Origin: a virus
Lineage: Duplodnaviria; Caudoviricetes
Direction: 5' to 3' (one strand)
IMG/VR virus record: IMGVR_UViG_3300013006_000032
Coordinates: 1-63,873 of that record
DNA length: 63,873 nucleotides
The translations under genes and the position numbers were made by a program. The notes under the pieces were generated by a model that saw nothing but the letters and a program-made list of their open reading frames with translations, was not told the DNA's origin and did not search any database. Shown here piece after piece: positions 57,727 to 63,873 of this stretch; position 1 is the stretch's first letter, and each line of letters opens with the position of its first letter.

Positions 57727-58287
57727 ATGCTCGATAAACTGGAATTTAAGCAATATAATTTTAGAATACTTAATTTTAATTATATTTTTAAAGATGTAGA
57801 GGTTAATATTATTAATGATTTACATAAATTTGAACTCTTGAATGGTAGACTTACAAGTAGTGTTAAAAGGCTCTTCTACCATCATATAATATTCGGTTTA
57901 TGCGAGGTTCTTATTCACGACCGTACTAAAGAAAAAACAATTATATACTATAACAATACTCAAACAGAAAATTATCAGCTGTTTAAGTATTTTAAGGAAG
58001 CTGATATTGGTAAAATAATTGATAATATATTACGGAAGATAAAAAGATTACTTCCTATAAAAATCTTTGTTTCAAGTATATCATTTGAGTACTTGGCTCA
58101 TCTTTTACAAAAAAATGACGGGCGAAGTGTTGAATTAATAAACAATATAAGAAGCTATTTAAACTCAATAAACCTTGAGCGATATACATTTAGCAATATA
58201 AAAACATTTACACAGGTAAATGGATTAACGTTTTTAAATAGAGAATATTTTAGCCAATTGAAAGCTAAGCAACTTATTATTATATAA
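57727..58287 (+). CDS. Hypothetical protein
   Basis: ORF; TTGAAA-N17-CATAAT (57693-57721) 5 nt upstream. Confidence 0.6.
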   Translation: MLDKLEFKQYNFRILNFNYIFKDVEVNIINDLHKFELLNGRLTSSVKRLFYHHIIFGLCEVLIHDRTKEKTIIYYNNTQTENYQLFKYFKEADIGKIIDNILRKIKRLLPIKIFVSSISFEYLAHLLQKNDGRSVELINNIRSYLNSINLERYTFSNIKTFTQVNGLTFLNREYFSQLKAKQLIII

Positions 58288-58290
58288 TAC

Positions 58291-58298
58291 AATAAATA
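58291..58298 (+). promoter_or_regulatory. late promoter AATAAATA, 5 nt before ATG 58304
   Basis: Seen in sequence; heads the 58304-61854 operon. Confidence 0.7.
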
Positions 58299-58303
58299 AT
58301 AAT

Positions 58304-58750
58304 ATGGCATTTAACGACTTAATAAACAAATATGTTTCTCTTCTCGTAGAACAAGAACCAGCAGCTACCCAAGATGCAGCGGCTCCTGCACCACAAGCAG
58401 AGCAACCGGAGGCTCTTCCGAAGAGCAAAGAACAAACAGTTACCGTACCACCGGAAGGCTACGTAGATATGGTTAGATTGCTTGCTAAAGCTCTAGTAAT
58501 GAATGTACCTGCAGGTTCAATCGACGCGCTTTTCACAACTCCTATTACAAAGGAAAATGCAACAGCAGTTAGAGAGGGCCTTCAGGATGCAATTAATACA
58601 AACGAGAATTATGCAGATAACCCTCAAAAAATTGCAGACCCTCATGTGCAGCATTTTATTAACTCAATAAATGAAAATAATTTTATGGTAAAATATAAGC
58701 AAATTTTAGCTATTATGAAAAATTATAGTAACGATCCTAAATTAAAATGA
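58304..58750 (+). CDS. Hypothetical late protein (probable internal head protein)
   Basis: MAFNDLINKYVSLLVEQ leader followed by an A/P-rich linker. Confidence 0.65.
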   Translation: MAFNDLINKYVSLLVEQEPAATQDAAAPAPQAEQPEALPKSKEQTVTVPPEGYVDMVRLLAKALVMNVPAGSIDALFTTPITKENATAVREGLQDAINTNENYADNPQKIADPHVQHFINSINENNFMVKYKQILAIMKNYSNDPKLK

Positions 58751-58751
58751 T

Positions 58752-59987
58752 ATGCCTATTAAACCGTATAAGAGCTTACACGAGGTATATTTAGCTAAAT
58801 CGTTTGCAAAGCCTGTACCTGCGCTACCTCGTCAAAAGATATTTTTCGAAAAATTAACTCCTAGAGCACCTAAGCCTGGGGAAACTGTACAATATTATTT
58901 GTCCGGCTTTGAGCCTGATGATGGATATAAAACACCTAAAGGAACAAAAAAAGGTACTAAGGTCTTAGCGTATGAAGTGCCAGGAGAAGAAAAAAAAGGT
59001 GAAGTAGAGCTAATTCAACTAGCTATTAAAATAATTGGCGGTAAGGGTCAAGGTACAGAAGATGCCGCTCGTGTAATTGTCTCGAAAATAAGAGAAATTT
59101 ATTATAATAATGATAAAAATGAAGAGTATAGTAATGTAAGGAGCATCCTTATTAATTTACAAAAACCTGAAAATAAAATAAGAGATTTACCTCCAGAAGA
59201 TGAGAAGTTTGATTTAGTTCAAGAAATAATGTCAAAAACTAATAATAAATACCCTGTTGAATTAGTAAGAGCTCTTCTCAATACTTCAGGCAAAGGTAGT
59301 ACAAATTTAGGTAAAGTAGAATTAGGATTAACAATTTTTTATGCAGATGCAAAAAAAGCAGCTAAAGGTGGAGATGTGGCTATGGAGCGCTCTATATACA
59401 ATAGTGTTCCCATACAAATTGGTACAATAACGTATGAGGTGAAGGGACCGGGCGGAAGAATGGGTGATGGCAGTGATAATACCGCTTTAAAGGGTTTGGC
59501 AGATTATATGAATGAGTTTTACAATAAGCATAACATTAATAAGGAATATGAATTAGTAGATATTGGTGGTCGCAGTACGAGATTAATCACAAATATATAT
59601 AACAGTATTAATGAAATATTAAAAATTAATAATTCAACAGTACAAGAACTTTTTAATCTCATTCTAAAAAGCTCACCGAAACCAGTAACCCCTGAAAACG
59701 TTGTCGCTCAATTTTTTGAATCATCCAAAGTCTATACAAAAGAAGATTTTAAAAGTGAAGACTTTATTAAAAAATTATCTACAGCTCTACAGATGCAAAC
59801 TTATAGAGAAACAGATGGTCATAAATTTTTGAAGCTTTTAGCATATAACGATAATTTTAATACCCTCGTTATCGATGTATCGAATTTTACGTTTCTTGAT
59901 TATGCTGCTATGCTCGAAAAGAAATTTTCTATTACAAGGCCGGAATCAGATGCAAAATACAGCGCATTTGGTATAACAATTTTATGA
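58752..59987 (+). CDS. Putative PD-(D/E)xK nuclease-like protein
   Basis: LGKVELGL...GGDV...YEVKGPGGR arrangement (E...D...ExK). Confidence 0.5.
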   Translation: MPIKPYKSLHEVYLAKSFAKPVPALPRQKIFFEKLTPRAPKPGETVQYYLSGFEPDDGYKTPKGTKKGTKVLAYEVPGEEKKGEVELIQLAIKIIGGKGQGTEDAARVIVSKIREIYYNNDKNEEYSNVRSILINLQKPENKIRDLPPEDEKFDLVQEIMSKTNNKYPVELVRALLNTSGKGSTNLGKVELGLTIFYADAKKAAKGGDVAMERSIYNSVPIQIGTITYEVKGPGGRMGDGSDNTALKGLADYMNEFYNKHNINKEYELVDIGGRSTRLITNIYNSINEILKINNSTVQELFNLILKSSPKPVTPENVVAQFFESSKVYTKEDFKSEDFIKKLSTALQMQTYRETDGHKFLKLLAYNDNFNTLVIDVSNFTFLDYAAMLEKKFSITRPESDAKYSAFGITIL

Positions 59988-61201
59988 TATCTTTTAAGCA
60001 GTTTTTACTCGAAGGGGGTGCTGCTGGCCATATGGCTCATCCTTTTGATCTCGCTAACGTTAATTCTGGCAGAGATCTAATAAACATCTTCAATAAACTA
60101 GCAAACAGTCTTGCAAAAAAACCTTCCGTAGTCAAGATAGATGGTGTTAATACATCAATAAGACTTATTACAGATGCAGAAGGTAAGAAGCAATTTGCAA
60201 TGGATAGAGGTTCAAATAAAAAAGAAGATGTTGAAGGTGTAACAATCGATAAGTTGAGCTTTCGTTTTCCTACTGGCCATGGTATGATTGAAACGGGTAA
60301 AACAGTTCTTGATATATTTAACACCGCAATTCCATCCATAGAAAAGGAACTTAAAAAACTTGGAATGTGGGATAACGATCAAATTTTATTTAATATGGAA
60401 TATGTTAAAGGAGCAACTAACGTTGTTGGTTATGTTAATAACTTTCTTGCTATACATGGTTTAAATAAAATTATAACAGTAAAGAGTCCGGTAAAAGGAA
60501 GTGTTAGTAGAGCATCGCGAGAAATTCCTTATGATAAGAAAGCACTTCAATCATTAATTGAAAAGGTTGATCCAATTGCTAAGAAAAAGGGGTTTGATGT
60601 TTCGCATGAATTTGTTGTTAAGGTAGATAAAAAAATTGATTTTAATGATGTTTTAAATTCTAAATTCACAGTTAATTATGATACAAGAAATATTGTTACA
60701 AAGCCATTGAAGGAATGGCTTTCAAAGGCAGTAAATCCTGGGGCAGATAAAATTACTCTAGCTTCTGGCAAAAAAATAAATGCGATGAGTTTAGAAAATT
60801 ATAAGAATTTTTCTATAGGTGTACCTATGCATCAGTATATTGGTGATAATACAAAAGATATTGAGAAAGCAATTTCTGGTGCTGTACTATATCATGCAAC
60901 AATTATACTGGGTCAAAAGATTAAAGATGTTACCACATCAGAGCTGGGTGATGTAGGTACGCAGGAAGGTATAGTAGTAAGAGATCCTAGTATATCCCCT
61001 AACCCCGTTAAAATAACAGGCAATTTTATTTTAGGTAAAGAAGCTGGTAAGTTTGCTAAAAAGGCAGAAAATGAAGAGGGTGGTATTACTGGTCAAATAA
61101 GAAACGTTAATCGCGTTAATAATCCATTTAACTACCAAACAAACCCAGTTTACGGTAGAGAGGGCGCAAGACTTACTTTAACACCTGGATCTAATATATG
61201 A
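59984..61201 (+). CDS. Ligase-like covalent nucleotidyltransferase-fold protein (T4-like phage conserved family)
   Basis: EGGAAGHMAHPFD; motif I VKIDG, FNMEY, motif IV QEGIVV, motif V VKITG. Confidence 0.55.
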   Translation: MISFKQFLLEGGAAGHMAHPFDLANVNSGRDLINIFNKLANSLAKKPSVVKIDGVNTSIRLITDAEGKKQFAMDRGSNKKEDVEGVTIDKLSFRFPTGHGMIETGKTVLDIFNTAIPSIEKELKKLGMWDNDQILFNMEYVKGATNVVGYVNNFLAIHGLNKIITVKSPVKGSVSRASREIPYDKKALQSLIEKVDPIAKKKGFDVSHEFVVKVDKKIDFNDVLNSKFTVNYDTRNIVTKPLKEWLSKAVNPGADKITLASGKKINAMSLENYKNFSIGVPMHQYIGDNTKDIEKAISGAVLYHATIILGQKIKDVTTSELGDVGTQEGIVVRDPSISPNPVKITGNFILGKEAGKFAKKAENEEGGITGQIRNVNRVNNPFNYQTNPVYGREGARLTLTPGSNI

Positions 61202-61854
61202 AATTTGATTTACTAGTAGAAGAGATATTACAGCATCAAAAAAATAATCTTGTAGTTATATTTCCGGGGAGATTTCAGCCTTTTCATATTGGTCATAAGA
61301 GATTTTTTGATATGGCTAAAAAACAGTTTCCTGGAGCTGATTTTTATATAGCTACATCAGATACCCCTGCAAAAGCTGCTTCGAAAGAACCAGATAGATA
61401 TCCTTTTAATTTTGCAGAAAAGAAACAAATTATGCAAGCTGCTGGTATACCCGAAAAGGAGATTTTTCAGGTTGCTCAGCCTTATAAGCCTATTGAAATT
61501 TTAAAGAATTATGATCAAAATGTCGCAAAAGTTATTTATATAGTAGGCGAAAAGGATATGAAGGAGGATCCGAGATTTGCTTTCGGTATAACAAAAAAAG
61601 GTACACCAACGTATTTTCAGCCGTTTAAAAGTTTAAACGAAATGGAGCCTTTCAAGGAGCAAGGCGGACATGGATACATATATTCACCAGGTACTATTAA
61701 ATTTAATGTCGGTGGAAAGAATATAACGAGTGCAACAGAATTAAGAAACCTTTATAAAGCTGCAAACGAAGAGCAAAGAAAAGAATATATTACACAAATA
61801 CTAGGTAAATTTGATCCAAAGATTTATAATATCTTTAACGAAAAGCTGCGTTAA
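61198..61854 (+). CDS. HIGH-family cytidylyl/adenylyltransferase-like protein
   Basis: FPGRFQPFHIGH and SATELR. Confidence 0.85.
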   Translation: MKFDLLVEEILQHQKNNLVVIFPGRFQPFHIGHKRFFDMAKKQFPGADFYIATSDTPAKAASKEPDRYPFNFAEKKQIMQAAGIPEKEIFQVAQPYKPIEILKNYDQNVAKVIYIVGEKDMKEDPRFAFGITKKGTPTYFQPFKSLNEMEPFKEQGGHGYIYSPGTIKFNVGGKNITSATELRNLYKAANEEQRKEYITQILGKFDPKIYNIFNEKLR

Positions 61855-62408
61855 CTGTTTTTAGCTTCTAAAATATTAATTGTTTCAAGAAGTACTTTTT
61901 CTAAAACTTCCTTTGATTCTCTTCTCAAAACGGTTTTTAACTGCTTAACGAGATCATCGCCACCTTTTGAAATAGCACTAAAGAGCTCTTCTTCATTATT
62001 TTCCTCAACACCCATTAATTCCATTTCTTGACGTGCTGATTCATAATCCTCATAACCAAATACTGAGTCTAACTGATCATGCGCATTAGTTATTTTGCTT
62101 AGAACCCAGGCTTCAACATTGCCTTTATTCTTCAATAAATTGTGTAGCATAGCTGAAAGTTTAAAAATTCTAAATAAAAGCTGTCTAGACATTGTACTGT
62201 TGTTGTCGCTATTTTCATCTGTATACCCCTCACAATCCTCGCTTCTATCTTGTACACAGTCTCTTTTAGGAGGCATTGCAATTTTTTGAATTTTTGAAGG
62301 GGAAGGTGTTACACCTTCATTATCCGCTAGAGGCCCAAGACCAAGATTTTCCTTTAAAATCTTCTTATCATAAATTTCGTTTAATGTATCAAAATCTTTG
62401 GCAAACAT
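61851..62408 (-). CDS. Hypothetical late protein
   Basis: EAWVLSKITNAHDQLDSV motif; late box ATTAAATA (62414-62421) 5 nt upstream. Confidence 0.65.
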   Translation of the reverse strand: MFAKDFDTLNEIYDKKILKENLGLGPLADNEGVTPSPSKIQKIAMPPKRDCVQDRSEDCEGYTDENSDNNSTMSRQLLFRIFKLSAMLHNLLKNKGNVEAWVLSKITNAHDQLDSVFGYEDYESARQEMELMGVEENNEEELFSAISKGGDDLVKQLKTVLRRESKEVLEKVLLETINILEAKNS

Positions 62409-62475
62409 ATAATTATTTAATCAAATTCTTTAAAATTATTCATTGATTTAGATAAATGAAAACCGCTCAATAATC

Positions 62476-62483
62476 AATAAATA
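62476..62483 (+). promoter_or_regulatory. late promoter AATAAATA, 5 nt before ATG 62489
   Basis: Seen in sequence. Confidence 0.65.
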
Positions 62484-62488
62484 TATAG

Positions 62489-63151
62489 ATGGAACCCTTT
62501 AAGGATTTTTATAATAAACCTGTCCTTGGTGTTAATGAATATATTGACATTAACGGCATTGGCCGATTAAAGGCAAAGATTGACAGTGGTAACGAAGCTT
62601 ATAACGTGCTGCACGGTGTTGATGTTGAAGAAAATGGTGAAGAAATAACATTTACTACAGTAGGCAATAAGAGAATAAAGGCACCAAGAAGCGGTGAAAT
62701 AAAGATACATATAGGTAGTGGTGTAAAGGAAGACAGACCAATAGTAATGTTGGATATAAAGATAGATGGTAAAGAATACAAAGGTGTACCTTTTAGTATA
62801 GCCGATAGAACAGAAAATGAAGATCCTATTCTTGTCGGTGAACCTTTTTTGAAGAAGTTAAATGCAGTTATAGATGTAAATAAGAAATCTGTTAACGAAT
62901 CTACGAAATATAATGTTGTGATGCTTAATAAAAAAGATAAATTGGCTAGAGATTGGAAAAAAGCTCGTTATAGTGAAAATGCCTTACGTGCAGTTGCAAA
63001 TAGACAAAAAACTTTAATTGTTTCAAAGACTGGAAATCCAAAATTTAGAGGTAAAAGTATTCTTAAAATAATTAACCCAATTACTAAGAAAGCGTTTATC
63101 ATCTTCAAGAAGAAGACAAAGACCTCAGAAACCGATACAATAGAAAATTAA
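62489..63151 (+). CDS. Retropepsin-like (RimK-associated 'ATP-dependent Zn protease' family) aspartic protease with basic C-terminal extension
   Basis: AKIDSGN, RPIV, FSIADR and PILVGEPFL. Confidence 0.78.
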   Translation: MEPFKDFYNKPVLGVNEYIDINGIGRLKAKIDSGNEAYNVLHGVDVEENGEEITFTTVGNKRIKAPRSGEIKIHIGSGVKEDRPIVMLDIKIDGKEYKGVPFSIADRTENEDPILVGEPFLKKLNAVIDVNKKSVNESTKYNVVMLNKKDKLARDWKKARYSENALRAVANRQKTLIVSKTGNPKFRGKSILKIINPITKKAFIIFKKKTKTSETDTIEN

Positions 63152-63796
63152 TTAGTTATTTTGCGCGAATTCAACAAACTTATAAAACTCAGCTCGTGAG
63201 TTATCATTGTTATCTAAAAACGCACCAGACATTCTAGCTGTACGCATTGTTGAATCGTGTCTAATACCGCGATTAGAGCAGCAAGTATGATTAGCTTCAA
63301 TCATAACCGCAACGCCGTTATTCTTTTCACAGACAAGATCAATATGCGCATGTATTTGCATGGTAAGATTTTCTTGTACTTGCGGGCGTCGCGCAAACCA
63401 ATCAACAATACGATTAAGCTTACTCAATCCAATAACTTTACCTTCTTTTGAGGGTATATATGCGACATGAGCTACACCAGTAAAGGGTGCATGATGATGT
63501 GAGCAAAGTGATGTTAATTTAATATTATTTTGACAGACCATCCCATCGTATTGGTCAATATTATCAAAAGCTGTAATCTTAGGTGGCTTACTGTAGCAGC
63601 CCCATGCAAAGTCTTCTACAAAGGCCTTAGCCACGCGATGTGGGGTATTATCACTGTTAGGATCATTTCTCCAATCATACCCTAATGCATCCATATATGC
63701 TTCATAAGCTTTAGATGCTCTTTCAATTATTTGTTCTCTTTCTTCTTGAGTATGAGGATGGTTGTGATTAGCGAAAGCGAGTTTTACTTTAGACAT
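63152..63796 (-). CDS. folE: GTP cyclohydrolase I
   Basis: TPHRVAK, SLCSHHHAPFTG, YIP...GLSKLNRIV, RRPQVQE and HTCCSNRG. Confidence 0.95.
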   Translation of the reverse strand: MSKVKLAFANHNHPHTQEEREQIIERASKAYEAYMDALGYDWRNDPNSDNTPHRVAKAFVEDFAWGCYSKPPKITAFDNIDQYDGMVCQNNIKLTSLCSHHHAPFTGVAHVAYIPSKEGKVIGLSKLNRIVDWFARRPQVQENLTMQIHAHIDLVCEKNNGVAVMIEANHTCCSNRGIRHDSTMRTARMSGAFLDNNDNSRAEFYKFVEFAQNN

Positions 63797-63803
63797 ATTA
63801 GCT

Positions 63804-63831
63804 ATTATATTATAAGTTATAACAAGATCAA
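63804..63831 (-). promoter_or_regulatory. sigma70-type promoter TTGATC-N16-TATAAT, 7 nt before ATG 63796
   Basis: Seen in sequence. Confidence 0.7.
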
Positions 63832-63852
63832 CATAAATAATATTGTATATCT

Positions 63853-63873
63853 ATGGCAGACGTAACCATATCT
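63853..63873 (+). CDS. 5' end of a gene running off the window (MADVTIS...)
   Basis: ATG at 63853 with a CATAAATA box at 63832-63839; only 7 codons visible. Confidence 0.35.

Noticed and set aside
3286-63451. Numerous other short (60-140 aa) track ORFs overlapping long genes on the opposite strand or in other frames
   Set aside because: They lie within motif-supported CDSs, lack the promoter grammar used by real genes and have no recognisable domains.
1-63873. Stop-codon reassignment (alternative genetic code), as in some large phages
   Set aside because: Core genes (PolB, TerL, sheath, helicase) are full length under the standard code, and TAA, TAG and TGA all serve as gene ends.
1-63873. 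tRNA, rRNA or structured ncRNA genes
   Set aside because: Intergenic gaps are almost all under 90 bp and AT-rich, and I saw no cloverleaf or T-loop signatures by eye; a tRNAscan/Infernal run would be needed to exclude them formally.

Overview
This window is a gene-dense, AT-rich ~64-kb segment of a large T4-like (myovirus) bacteriophage genome, read in the standard genetic code. Positions 1-31.8 kb hold mostly baseplate, tail, neck and packaging genes: gp6, gp25, gp53, hub proteins, a tape-measure-like protein, tube, sheath, gp3, gp14, TerS and TerL, with the clamp loader and dUTPase embedded among them. Positions 34-57 kb hold the T4-type replication, recombination and late-transcription core: primase, clamp, gp32, gp41, UvsX, PolB, gp46/47, gp55 sigma, UvsW and UvsY. 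Accessory genes include ribosomal protein bS21, 7-deazaguanine enzymes (FolE, QueC, class II glutamine amidotransferase), several sugar enzymes and glycosyltransferases, a mucin-like lectin protein and many probable capsid-internal proteins. The most striking signal is regulatory. Nearly every independently transcribed gene has a gp55-type late box (nnTAAATA) or a sigma70-type -10 box only 5-7 nt before its start codon and no Shine-Dalgarno, which implies a largely leaderless transcriptome. The one clear exception is the amidotransferase gene, whose predicted leader is almost only a perfect AGGAGGT followed by an ATT start codon. The same promoter grammar reveals a nested in-frame gene at 30096. 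I saw no tRNA, rRNA, CRISPR array or IS element, and no recognisable portal or major capsid gene. Functional calls come from motif recognition and synteny by eye, not from database searches.
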